NCBI GenBank assembly: GCA_963736005.1
Contig: CAVTNB010000001.1
Location: 1,760,001 to 1,824,000, forward strand
Length of the DNA stretch: 64,000 nt
Origin: an uncultured Pseudomonadota bacterium
GTDB lineage: Bacteria > Vulcanimicrobiota > Vulcanimicrobiia > Eremiobacterales > Eremiobacteraceae
Reading direction: 5' to 3'
Position numbers and translations under genes: made by a program. Positions 1-11,980 of this stretch are shown one piece after another (position 1 is the first letter of the stretch; each line of letters starts with the position of its first letter). The notes beneath the pieces are model-generated. The model saw nothing but the letters and a program-made list of their open reading frames with translations, had not been told where the DNA came from and did not search any database.

Positions 1-1069
1 TCTGAGAAAAAGAGAGGCCGAAGCCGAATCCCTGGCCGAATTGCCCGCCGCCTCCATAACTGACGTTGACGCCGGCGGTGCCATTGCGCTGCTCGGTCAC
101 CGTCCACACAAGCGTGAGATACCCGCACTTCGTTCCAAACGGCTTCGTGGCCAAATCGACCGACTTGAAGAACTGGGTGTTGTAGATCGCTTCGTAGTCG
201 CGCCGCAGGCCCGAGTCTGAGACCAGATCGCCTGGATGCATGCGCAAGAGCCGCCGGATGACGTAATCCTTGGTGACGCTGTTCCCCGCGACTTCGATCG
301 CCCCAATTCTCGCTTCGCAAATCGTCACGTCGACGACGCCCGGATGATCGACTTCAGGAGCGCCATCCACCACCGCGGAGAGGCCGGCATTCTTGTAGAT
401 GTCCGAGATGCTGTTGAGGTCCTGGTTGAAGACGTCGCCTGAGAACACCGTACCGGGCTGCGTTTTCATACCCTTCTGGAGGAGCGGCGTTGGGAACACG
501 TGGTTTCCGGAGAAGTTGACAGCCGTAACGGTGACGCCTTCTTTGACCGCAATGTTCACGGCACCCGAAGAATCGATCTTGATATCTTGCACGTGACGCG
601 TGCCGATGTAGCCCAGCTTGTCGTAGTACGAATTAATTTTTTGTACGTCGTCGCGCAAGGTGTTGGTATTGAGCACGGAGCCGATGGTCGTGTCCATGAG
701 CGCGAGGAGCACGTCGGACGAGACCTCCTTGTTCCCGGAAAACGCGAGCTTGCTCACGACTGGATTTTCCACCACGATATAGGACACGGCAACCCCGCCG
801 GGCGTCGCGTGGATATCTGTCTTGACGTCGGTAAAGTAACCCAAGCCTAAGATGGCCTGTTGGTCGGCGGCAACCTGCTTGTTATCGAGCGGCAGGCCTG
901 GCTGCACGCGCACGACCGCGGCGATTCGATCCGTCGGGACGTGACTATTTCCGCGGATGTTGACCGCGGTAACGACTGGCTGCGGCGCTGCAGTGGTCGT
1001 TAGCCCGCACGCGAGTGCGAGCACGGCGACGGCCACCGCTGCAAGGGCGAGTCGCAACGGCTTAGACAA
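1..1069 (-). CDS. bamA: BamA/Omp85-family outer-membrane assembly protein, N-terminal POTRA region (runs off the window)
   Basis: Hand translation from TTG at 1069 (SD GAGGAG) gives signal peptide MSKPLRLALAAVAVAVLALACG, then POTRA-like repeats (VTAVNIRGNSHV...QAILGLGYFTDV). Lies directly downstream of tamB. Absent from the ORF track because it is truncated. Confidence 0.8.
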   Translation of the reverse strand, partial: MSKPLRLALAAVAVAVLALACGLTTTAAPQPVVTAVNIRGNSHVPTDRIAAVVRVQPGLPLDNKQVAADQQAILGLGYFTDVKTDIHATPGGVAVSYIVVENPVVSKLAFSGNKEVSSDVLLALMDTTIGSVLNTNTLRDDVQKINSYYDKLGYIGTRHVQDIKIDSSGAVNIAVKEGVTVTAVNFSGNHVFPTPLLQKGMKTQPGTVFSGDVFNQDLNSISDIYKNAGLSAVVDGAPEVDHPGVVDVTICEARIGAIEVAGNSVTKDYVIRRLLRMHPGDLVSDSGLRRDYEAIYNTQFFKSVDLATKPFGTKCGYLTLVWTVTEQRNGTAGVNVSYGGGGQFGQGFGFGLSFSQ

Positions 1070-1207
1070 TGGTGGAATTGCTCCTCAAGTGCCTCGGTCC
1101 GGGAACCCCCGCCCGAGGGAGCAGTTGGGTTGCATCATGTGGCCGGGGAACGGGACGTTCTGTTCCGATGCTTTGGATGCGATTCCTGCCCGCCGGTGCG
1201 CTGCCGC

Positions 1208-4200
1208 TCAGCGGAATGTGTAGCGAAGATTGAAGACGGTGGTGTAGAGGGCATAGTCCGGTCGAGATGTCTGTAAGACATCGAGCGCGAGATAATCTTG
1301 CAACCGATACGACACGCCGTACGCTGTGGTCACGGGCACGCTGAACGACGATTGATACACAGCTGAGACCGACGGCGTGAATCGCGTGCGCAATTCCAGC
1401 GCAAGGTCGCCATATTGGTTGAAGATGAGCGAAATCGATTCGATGTTTAATTCCGAAGCGAGCGCGGACTCGACCGGATAGAGCAAACTGCGCGTCAGCT
1501 GTGCGTTGAAATAGCTCTGCGCTGTCTGCACGAGCGTCGCTTGCGCTTGACTCGGATTCGAACTCGTCAGGGCGGCTACTTGAGGTGCGTGCAGCAGCGT
1601 GGCGATGATCTCGTCGCGCGACATCGACGGGTTCGACTCGAGATCGGTGTTCAAATTGTCGACGCGCCCCGACACGGTGAGCGTAATCTGCGCACCACTG
1701 ACATTGGTGACCGCAGTCGCGTTGAGCGTCGGCAACAGACCCGACGTTGGATCGAAGGTGACCGTTCCAGAAATCAGCCGGAACGTCGTGTCAAAGTAGC
1801 CGACTTGGCCACGGATTGCTTGGAATTGGCCCGAAAGGGAAGGCGACTGCAAATTCCCCGCGATCACAATGCCGCCGGTCGTCGTCAGATCGATCGAGCT
1901 GCCACCGCGAATGCGTACGTTGTTGTTGGCGTTGAGGCCAACGTTCATATCCACGGAAGGCAACGAAAATCCGGTTGGGGCCGGCGTTGGCCGACCAATG
2001 GTGGTGAGCGTGTGGCTGAGTGGACCCCACAAACCGCCGCCGTAGACGATCGTGTGACCCGGCCGCAAGGGAGGCACGCCTGGTGCTTGCGCCGTTTCCG
2101 GCGCCTTCACTGCACCGCCTTGCGCCAGCGCGTCGATGGCCGAAAACGGGATCGTCGCGTTGGAAATTCCCACCGTCCCCGCGACGTACGGCGTCGGGCC
2201 GGATCGCGTGAAGCTCAACTGGCCGTTGACATTTCCAGAGATCCAATTGGGGACGTTGACTTGCGTGTTGTGGAGCGACACGCGCGACCACAACTGGAGA
2301 CCTGCGTACGAACGTAGGCCGACGGCCGGCACGATGTGGGCTGCGCCTTGCACGTCGACGGAACCCGACCCAACCGTGCCGTGGAGATGTTGTAAGGTAA
2401 TGGTATCATTCTCGAAGCTCGCATCTGCGCTCGCGTCCGTGACGGGAACGGTTTGCAGTGGTGAATGCACCGAAGCACCACTGATGCGAGCGGTACCTTT
2501 GCCCACGGGATCGCCCGCCGTGCCGCTAATCGTTGCCTGCGCGTCGAGCTTGCCTTCGAGGGTGGCGAAGCGCTTCGTCACCGGGTCGAGCACGCTCAGG
2601 TCCATGCCTTCGACGGACATGGCGAAGTCAACACGTCGATCCTTGGGCCCGAGGGCGAGTGGGTGCAGCTGAACGGGTAGATTCCCCCTGACGCTGAGAC
2701 GTCCGCCCTTGCCTGCAAAAGTAATCGACGTGTCGCCGATGCTCACGTCACCCGGGTCGTATTGCGCGTGCAGGACGGCTTCATCAAATGCCACATCGTA
2801 AAAGCTCCCCGTTGTTGCGTCCACATCTGCGACTGCTCTCGGACGAGAGAGCGATCCGGAAACAGTCACATGGCCGGTTGCGTGACCGTGGAGCGATCCG
2901 GGGAGACGCAAGGTCGTGGCGAGGGTTGCAAGATGTGGAGCCTGCACGGAGGCATTTCCAGCGATGCGCTGTCCGGCAAACCCGAAGCTGCCAGACCCAA
3001 GCGCCGTCAAGAAAGGAAGCTTCAGCGTGCCTGCGGTGAGGGTCATGCCTGCATCGTCGACGCTGAGCTTGCCTGAGAATTCTTCGATTTGTATGCGACG
3101 CAAATAGCCGTCGTGGAGCGCGAAGGATGCGCTGCCTGTTGGCTTGTGCAGCGTTCCACGCATCGTGCCATCTGCATCGAGGAGACCTGAAAGGCCAAGA
3201 TTCTCCTGATGGAAGAGCGGCAATGCTTCATCGACAGCAAGACTGCGCACGTGCGCCCGTACGTGGTACCGGGCCGTTGCAAAATCAGGCAGGCCGGCCC
3301 GATATCTCGTGAATCCAACACTTCCCGCGAGGCGCATCGAGCCGCCCGGCCCCTTTTGATCGATGACCGCGTGCAGTCCGCTGCGCCGCGACGTCGAGAA
3401 GGCCGTTTGGATGTGACCAAGCGGATAGCCGCGCAGCGCCGCGTTGTCGAGCAGCGCGTCTCCGCTCGCGGAGAGTCCATTGCCTTGCGAAGCCAGCCGA
3501 ACGTCGAACGATCCGGTCCCGGCAAAAATATCGGCGCCGCCAAAGAAATCATTGAAGTCGCTCATATCGACGTGCGGGCTCTTTGCGACAACCGAGAAAC
3601 GTCGAGCTGCCTCATCGGCATCCAAAGCGAAGAGCGAGCTGCCCAATTCGACGGTACCGCCAGAGAGATGCGCCTCTCCGGGCAAAATGCGCATCGAGCC
3701 GTGGAGTGCGTTGAACGCGACACCGCGGATCGTGCCGATGTCCGTGTCGATGTGGCCGTTCACTTTTGGCTGCGACAGTTGGCCAGCGATGCGCGCCTCG
3801 GCACTGTACGAGCCAGTGATCGGGGCACCGCTACCCGTAAAGCGATTCAATGCCCTCAGATCGCCTTCGCGAACTCGAACATCCAACGCCAGCGCTGCAC
3901 GCGAAGTTGACGAACCGGGCCTCACGCCCGAAACGTTGCCATTGATCGTCAGCTGGTTGCCTTCGAGAGCAATGCGGCTTGCGTTGGAGCGCAGCGTCCC
4001 GGCAGCATAGCGGACGTCCAGATCTCCATCGTACGGTATCGCGTTATAGGAACCGCGCACTGTCGCTGCCGCGCTCACCTGCGGCGCATTGCTGGCGCCC
4101 TGCATCGTTGCAAAACCCGATGCGGTGCCATGCGCGCCGCGGAGTCCAAAAGATTGGAGTTGCGCGAGATCGAGGCTTGGCACAACGGCATCGACGGAAC

Positions 4201-6427
4201 CTGTCGGCACTCCGCCACCAGGCAGCCGTGCGAGAGTTCCAAAGGCCCAGATACCGCCGCCCGGAACGATCACGTCGGCGAGCACCGAAGTCGAGGCCAA
4301 AGACGTGTCGACGAAAGCTGAGCTACTTCGCACCGGTAGGCTTGCGACGGATGCGTCGGCGCTGTTCACGTGCGCCCCGCCGATCCAATGATGATCTGCG
4401 TACGCTGCGGCAAACGTGCCCGAGGTTATGCCGCGTGGATGCAGGCTCGGAAAAGCGGGCGCCACGGCTGACAAATTCGCCGTCGCGTCGCCGGCGAGAA
4501 CCGCCGACCTCAGCGCGAAGTTCGGTTCGAACACCACTTCGCCGCGTGCGCTCGCCGTGGCAGCTGGACCGGACACCGTTGCACTTGCAATGCGGACGCT
4601 GCTACTGTTGCCGGCTGCCAGCAGCTCCGCGCGTCCGAGATCGACGCCATCGTACACGACTCTTGTGGCGCGCATGTTGATCCCGATATCTGGCTGGGGC
4701 GCGGTGCGCGAGGGCCCTACGATGAACGCTTCCCCTTCTACGGTTGTATCTAATGAGGGAAGGGCAACCGGTGGGCCGACGATGTCCGCGAACGAGGTTC
4801 GTCCGTTATGGATATGGAGGGGCAGGTGAGATGCGATGAGCACGCCGGACCATGCGTTGGGCGGACCAAACGTGCGCTGCGCCCAGACAAATCCATCGCC
4901 ACCGTCTACTTGGTAGAGCAGCGGGCCAAGCGAAACGCTTTGCGGACCTCCACCGAAGAATGTGCGGATCGAAGCCCGCGCAGGCCCGATGACTTGCGCA
5001 TAACCGTCCCCGCTCAAGTGCGCGACGGGGCCAGTGAAGGACGCCATCCCCTGCGCGACGCCATTTTGAATCACGTTTGCAACGACCGGAATCGTTCCCG
5101 CTGGCGCGACCGCCACAACGGTGCCTTGCGTGCTCACGTGCGCAGAGCTCAGATCGAAGTCGGCTTGCGACCAAAACTTGGCACCCTCGGACGCAACATC
5201 GAGCGCGGATGCCGTCACATGTTCTTGGCGGTAGTAAAACGAGCCGCGCACGGAGGGAAAATGCGCTATGGCGTATCGCGCATTCCCTAATCGCACGACA
5301 CCGGACACCCGGATATCGCTGGGTGGCCCCTCAACTCGGATCGCTACGAACACCTGACCTTCCAAGTCTTGAGGCTTTGTAAAAGCCAGCAAGCGTTTGG
5401 CTTGTTCGAGGTGGCCTTGCTGCTGGGCCTCGATCATGAGCCGCGTACCGCCGAATAACTGCACCGCCCCTTGCGCTAACAATGGTATGCCTGCGGCAAA
5501 CCCGCGCGCGCGACCGACGGAGAGCAACCCGTCTTGGAAATGAAGATCGCAGACGAGGTCCTGAATCGGAACGATCAGGGGGGTGACATGCACTTGTCCA
5601 TCGCGCACCCTGGCGTCGGCGCCGAGGTGCCATTGTTGTGCCTCACCTGGACCGTAGCCAATGGCATACGCCTGCATGCGAATCGTTGCTATGCCGCCTT
5701 GGATAATGAATGCCGGCGAGGGTACGAAAGCGTCGAAGATTGGAGCGATCGGCACTGCGTCGCCCGCCAAGGTCGCGCGCGCAAAAGAGATCCGATCGTT
5801 TTCGAACAGCGTTGCACGAAGCGGAGCCTTACCCATTTTGGTTTGCAACAGGGCCGAAAGCCGCCCGCGGCTTTGCGCGAGTTTATCAAAGTCGACGATG
5901 CTCTCGATTCCGGTGAGCGCAAAAGACTTGCCGGCTTCGTTGACCGCTTGCGGATCGATGACGTCGATCTCACCATGGATAACCGCGATGTGCACGCGCA
6001 GCGGCAGTGCGGCCGGGTTCGGCGCGCCCCCACCATGCGGCAAGAGCCCTGCGAAGTTCCAAGACCCGTCGCTGCGGCGGCGAAGCGCAACTAGCGGTTG
6101 GTCTACCTCGACCGAGTGCAAGCCGAACAGCCGATCGCTGCGGCCGATGAGCCCGGCGGGTTCGATATCGACCACCAGCCTCTTGGCTGCCAAAAATTCT
6201 TCTCCGCGGTCATCGTCGATCCGCAGATTGGTTATGGTGAGTGTGTGATTGGCGAAGGTGATGACACCGCTTGCGAAGTGGTAGCCGCGCTCCCAGACAA
6301 TGACGCGAAACGCAAGACCAAGCACGCTCGGTCGCGTGGCGGGGATTGCGAGCAGCAGGGCCGCGAGCGCGACGACTGAGACGATCAGAGCACCCGCGAT
6401 GAGGATTGCTTTTCCGAGCCGGCGCAT
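1208..6427 (-). CDS. tamB: Translocation/assembly module TamB (AsmA/DUF490-like), ~1740 aa
   Basis: N-terminal TM anchor, long beta-rich body, DUF490-like C-terminus (LESNPSMSRDEIIATLL), adjacent to bamA. ATG 6427 preferred over GTG 6475. Confidence 0.85.
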   Translation of the reverse strand: MRRLGKAILIAGALIVSVVALAALLLAIPATRPSVLGLAFRVIVWERGYHFASGVITFANHTLTITNLRIDDDRGEEFLAAKRLVVDIEPAGLIGRSDRLFGLHSVEVDQPLVALRRRSDGSWNFAGLLPHGGGAPNPAALPLRVHIAVIHGEIDVIDPQAVNEAGKSFALTGIESIVDFDKLAQSRGRLSALLQTKMGKAPLRATLFENDRISFARATLAGDAVPIAPIFDAFVPSPAFIIQGGIATIRMQAYAIGYGPGEAQQWHLGADARVRDGQVHVTPLIVPIQDLVCDLHFQDGLLSVGRARGFAAGIPLLAQGAVQLFGGTRLMIEAQQQGHLEQAKRLLAFTKPQDLEGQVFVAIRVEGPPSDIRVSGVVRLGNARYAIAHFPSVRGSFYYRQEHVTASALDVASEGAKFWSQADFDLSSAHVSTQGTVVAVAPAGTIPVVANVIQNGVAQGMASFTGPVAHLSGDGYAQVIGPARASIRTFFGGGPQSVSLGPLLYQVDGGDGFVWAQRTFGPPNAWSGVLIASHLPLHIHNGRTSFADIVGPPVALPSLDTTVEGEAFIVGPSRTAPQPDIGINMRATRVVYDGVDLGRAELLAAGNSSSVRIASATVSGPAATASARGEVVFEPNFALRSAVLAGDATANLSAVAPAFPSLHPRGITSGTFAAAYADHHWIGGAHVNSADASVASLPVRSSSAFVDTSLASTSVLADVIVPGGGIWAFGTLARLPGGGVPTGSVDAVVPSLDLAQLQSFGLRGAHGTASGFATMQGASNAPQVSAAATVRGSYNAIPYDGDLDVRYAAGTLRSNASRIALEGNQLTINGNVSGVRPGSSTSRAALALDVRVREGDLRALNRFTGSGAPITGSYSAEARIAGQLSQPKVNGHIDTDIGTIRGVAFNALHGSMRILPGEAHLSGGTVELGSSLFALDADEAARRFSVVAKSPHVDMSDFNDFFGGADIFAGTGSFDVRLASQGNGLSASGDALLDNAALRGYPLGHIQTAFSTSRRSGLHAVIDQKGPGGSMRLAGSVGFTRYRAGLPDFATARYHVRAHVRSLAVDEALPLFHQENLGLSGLLDADGTMRGTLHKPTGSASFALHDGYLRRIQIEEFSGKLSVDDAGMTLTAGTLKLPFLTALGSGSFGFAGQRIAGNASVQAPHLATLATTLRLPGSLHGHATGHVTVSGSLSRPRAVADVDATTGSFYDVAFDEAVLHAQYDPGDVSIGDTSITFAGKGGRLSVRGNLPVQLHPLALGPKDRRVDFAMSVEGMDLSVLDPVTKRFATLEGKLDAQATISGTAGDPVGKGTARISGASVHSPLQTVPVTDASADASFENDTITLQHLHGTVGSGSVDVQGAAHIVPAVGLRSYAGLQLWSRVSLHNTQVNVPNWISGNVNGQLSFTRSGPTPYVAGTVGISNATIPFSAIDALAQGGAVKAPETAQAPGVPPLRPGHTIVYGGGLWGPLSHTLTTIGRPTPAPTGFSLPSVDMNVGLNANNNVRIRGGSSIDLTTTGGIVIAGNLQSPSLSGQFQAIRGQVGYFDTTFRLISGTVTFDPTSGLLPTLNATAVTNVSGAQITLTVSGRVDNLNTDLESNPSMSRDEIIATLLHAPQVAALTSSNPSQAQATLVQTAQSYFNAQLTRSLLYPVESALASELNIESISLIFNQYGDLALELRTRFTPSVSAVYQSSFSVPVTTAYGVSYRLQDYLALDVLQTSRPDYALYTTVFNLRYTFR

Positions 6428-6485
6428 GTGGTTACCCTTATTCCCCACCGGGTGCACCAAACCCAGGATTTCCACTTAAATGTCG

Positions 6486-8494
<2,009 letters not shown>

Positions 8495-8517
8495 AAAATC
8501 GCAGAGAATTCGTCGTG

Positions 8518-9465
8518 TTATTTATGTTTCTCGCGGAGCGTTCGGCGTGCCTCTTCTTTGGGTGCAACACCCTCGTCAAATAGCGCACTCGTCCAAGGCA
8601 GTCCAAGTACATCTCGCGTGACAGCGCGACCGATATCTCGCTGCGGCATCCCTGTCAGCAACATCAGATAGCTCCAAGCGGCCACGCGATCCTCCGGTGT
8701 CAGCGCTTGGCGCCGCAACCGTCGCTCGGCCGCCGCAATCTCGAACTGCCAGCGTGTCAGCAGGCGCTGCCGAGTGCGTTCGTACGCGCCCGCTTTGAAG
8801 TTTGGGAGCGAAACTCGAAGTGCTCGTGCGCGGAGCCACGGGGCTTGCATGAGTGCTCGTTCGATCGTCGCCTCTTCTTTGGTGCGACGCGCCCCAGCGC
8901 ACGGTGCGCACAACGAAGCTGTTGCTGATTCCGGCATAAAACGTCGCTGGCATGCTGTGCAGCATCGCCAACCAGCTCGGTCGCGCCAATCGTTGAGCGT
9001 TCGCTGCAATTGGGCGAGGCGCGCAACCGTAGCGCCCGCATCTTCTTCCCCGCCCGCGTGTGGCCCGTGTGTGAGCGGTGCGTGAACGTTGTGCGAGTCT
9101 TTGAGGGTTGTGGTACGCCCGCGAAAGCGCGCTCCCTCAAGCAGCAGTTTGGTTCGGCCGCTCGCGACCATAAAACGCAATCGACGAAGGTTTGCCTCTG
9201 GAACGGCGCGGCGCAGTGCTTCGATGATGGTCGGAGCCAAGAAGGTCAATTCATCGCTCCACGCGCTGCTGGCCGTTAGGATCGTGAGGACGCCTGCGTG
9301 CAACTTCGTCGGCCGGCTGCGCAAAGCGATCTGACCACCAACCGCTCGTTCCCACGCAGCGGCGAGCGCCGCGGCCGCATCATCGACGCTTGGCGCGGCT
9401 CGCTTCCCCACATCTTTGGAGTTCCAGCCCCCGAGCAGCAGCCCAAGAGCACGTGGGCCTTTCAT
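8518..9465 (-). CDS. dciA: DUF721/DciA-family protein with Zn-ribbon extension
   Basis: AAWERAVGGQIA...GVLTILTASSAWSDELTF is a DUF721 signature. Canonical position between recF and gyrB. CxxC...CxxC in the C-terminal half. Confidence 0.8.
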   Translation of the reverse strand: MKGPRALGLLLGGWNSKDVGKRAAPSVDDAAAALAAAWERAVGGQIALRSRPTKLHAGVLTILTASSAWSDELTFLAPTIIEALRRAVPEANLRRLRFMVASGRTKLLLEGARFRGRTTTLKDSHNVHAPLTHGPHAGGEEDAGATVARLAQLQRTLNDWRDRAGWRCCTACQRRFMPESATASLCAPCAGARRTKEEATIERALMQAPWLRARALRVSLPNFKAGAYERTRQRLLTRWQFEIAAAERRLRRQALTPEDRVAAWSYLMLLTGMPQRDIGRAVTRDVLGLPWTSALFDEGVAPKEEARRTLREKHK

Positions 9466-10592
9466 CCCGCCTTCACCGCGCCTGCATGCTGTACGTGTCC
9501 GGCCACAATTTCGTACACGCTTGCTGCCGTGTTCTCCGACAAGTCAGGCACGTCGGTCGAGGTGACGAAGGCTTGCTCGCAATCCTCGATGCTGCGCATG
9601 AACGCCTGGCGGCGTGCCGGATCTAATTCGGAGAGCACATCATCCAGCAACAAGAGCGGCGGTTCGCCGGTTGCCTGCGCAAGCAGTGCATATTCGGCTG
9701 CCTTCGTCGCCAGCACCGCCGTGCGCTGCTGGCCTTGCGAACCAAAGCGCGCGAGCGGCTCATCCCCAAGCAAGAAGTTCATATCGTCGCGGTGCGGACC
9801 GACAAGCGAGGTTCTGCGTGCGAGCTCCGCCGGCGCCTGCGCCTCAAGCGCGCTTTCAAGTCTCGCCAGAACCGCGCCGGGGGATTCGTCCCCTTCGGGC
9901 AGCGCCGGAGACGGTTGATAGCGCAGCGCAAGGGGGAGCGAAGCGCCCACCCATCGCGCGTGAACTTCTGCCGCTTCGTGGTCCAAACGGCGCACGTATC
10001 CCGCACGAGCGCAAATCAAGTGCGTTCCCACCGCGGCGAGCTGCGCGTTATACGTCGCCAGCAGCTTGCGATCGACCGCTGGCGCCGACTTGAGCAAAGC
10101 GTTCTTTTGCACGATGATTTTTGTGTATTTGGCATGCTCGCGGTAATACGTCCGCTCCAGTTGCGACAGCGCGGCATTGAGAAAGCGACGCCGCAACGCC
10201 GGCGCGCCGGAGACCAACTGCAAATCAAAGGGCATGAACGTGACCGCGGCGATCCCGCCGAGAAATTGCGCGTATGGCACCGAGCGCCCATTGCGCAAGA
10301 AGCGTTTGCGCGCTCCTTCGCCAACTCGCGTGATCAAGCACGCTGCGGTGACGTCGCCGGATCTCGTGCGCACCCGTGCGGCGACGCGCGCAAGCGGGCT
10401 GCCCGTGCGGATGAGATCGGTTTCGCGAGCCGCGCGAAACGATTTACCCGTGGCGAGCAGCGAGAGCGCCTCGAGCATATTGGACTTGCCTTGCGCATTT
10501 TGACCAATGAACATGCAAACGCCGCCCGGCGGTTCGAAATGCAGAGCGGCGTAATTACGAAAATTCGCTAGGTCGAGGCTGCACACGCGCAC
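9462..10592 (-). CDS. recF: DNA replication/repair protein RecF
   Basis: NFRNY, GQNAQGKSN, GPHRDD, GSQGQQRT, LLLDDVLSELD. Confidence 0.97.
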   Translation of the reverse strand: MRVCSLDLANFRNYAALHFEPPGGVCMFIGQNAQGKSNMLEALSLLATGKSFRAARETDLIRTGSPLARVAARVRTRSGDVTAACLITRVGEGARKRFLRNGRSVPYAQFLGGIAAVTFMPFDLQLVSGAPALRRRFLNAALSQLERTYYREHAKYTKIIVQKNALLKSAPAVDRKLLATYNAQLAAVGTHLICARAGYVRRLDHEAAEVHARWVGASLPLALRYQPSPALPEGDESPGAVLARLESALEAQAPAELARRTSLVGPHRDDMNFLLGDEPLARFGSQGQQRTAVLATKAAEYALLAQATGEPPLLLLDDVLSELDPARRQAFMRSIEDCEQAFVTSTDVPDLSENTAASVYEIVAGHVQHAGAVKAG

Positions 10593-10598
10593 CGCGCG

Positions 10599-11712
10599 TT
10601 ATTGGCGCAGCGGCATGAGGATGTAGAGCTGGCGCTCCGCCGCTTTTTGATCGCCGGGATGAATTGCAGCTGGATTGAGCGCGCCGACAAACTCGAGCGT
10701 CACAGTTTCCGCTTCGATGTGGTTGAGAATCTCTACGAGGAACTTTGCGTTGAACGCGATGGTGAGGGGATCGCCCGTGCGCTCGACGTCGATTTCTTCG
10801 TAGGCATTGCCGGTCGTGTCCGAACTGGCAGTGATGACGAGGCTCGTGCCATCCATGGCAAGCTTCACCATGCTCGCGCGGTCGCCGGCCACAACGCCGG
10901 CGCGGCGCAAGCTTGCAAGCAGTTGTGCAGTGCTGGCAACGACTTTCTTGTCGAACTCTTTGGGTATGACTTGTTGGTAGTTGGGATACTGACCATCCAC
11001 CAAACGCGCGCTGATTTTTGCGTCACCAGTGTGGAAGGCGAGTTGGTTGGCCTGGCCGCCAATGACGGTGGCTTCGATCTGCCCTTCGTTCGCCGTGCGC
11101 ACAACCTCACCGAGTCCTCGCGCCGGCACAATCAGCTTCATCGGTTCCTTGACCGGTTCTGCCAAAGCAAGCCGGTAGCGTGCGAGGCGGTATCCATCGG
11201 TTGCAACGAGTGTGGCATGCGTGCCCTCAAGCTCGAGCAAGGTGCCCATGAGCACGGCGCCGCGCGCTTCCTCGCTGCTTGCAGCGAAGGTTACCGCGTT
11301 GACCGCCTCGCGGAAGGCCTTGGCCTCCACCCGAAACATGCCGCTGCTTTGCCCTTCGGGCAGCGGTGGAAATTCTTGCGCGGGCAGGGTGAAAAATTCG
11401 TAATTCGAGCGTTCGCATCGCAGCGTTGCCCGACTCGTCGTCCCCTGCATTTGCAATTTGGCCGCTGGCAAGTTGCCGAGGTAGCCCGCTAAACAGCCGT
11501 GCCGGCACCGTGCACGAGCCCTCCTCCTGCACTTCGGCAGCGATGGAATTCTCAAGCGTCAGTTCGAGATCGGTGGCGCGCACGCTCACGCGCCCGCTTC
11601 GGGCTGTAACGAGCACGTTGTTGAGAATGGGAACGGTCGTATGTGCGTTGACGACCTTGCTGGCAACGGCAACCGCTGCGGCAATGTCCTTTGCGTTACA
11701 GGTGAATTTCAT
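10599..11712 (-). CDS. dnaN: DNA polymerase III beta clamp, split by a +1 frameshift near 11485-11493
   Basis: N-terminal frame (MKFTC...RATDLE...TVPARLFS) and C-terminal frame (GYLGNLP...VATDGYRLA...LMPLRQ) join if one base is removed from TTTAGCGGGCTAC. Confidence 0.93.
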
Positions 11713-11764
11713 CCAGACCCCTCGGCGCTATACACAAGACGAAAGCGCCGTTCATTAGTATGAG

Positions 11765-11945
11765 AGAGAAATAATAACTCGTCGTCTCTAGTCATAGGCC
11801 CGTGAATAGCGTGGACTGGGCAACGAGCACACGTGTCGTATGGGTTCGCGCTGCGGTTGTGGTGTTCACGAAGTGGGCTGCTTATCCACGTCCTTCACAC
11901 TCCTGCACCATACCGCGCATGTGTGCCTTTTTCATCCACGCCATC
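11765..11945 (-). promoter_or_regulatory. oriC unwinding sub-region: DnaA boxes, GGCC, DnaA-trio-like tract
   Basis: Box-like TTATCCACG at 11882 and TCATCCACG at 11932. Tandem box-like sites at 11801-11818 are followed on the minus strand by GGCC-TAT-GAC-TAG-A-GAC-GAC-GAG-TTATTATTT, matching the Bacillus-type basal unwinding layout. Confidence 0.7.
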
Positions 11946-11980
11946 CTCACGTTCTCCACCTCACGTGGGGATGGCAGCAA

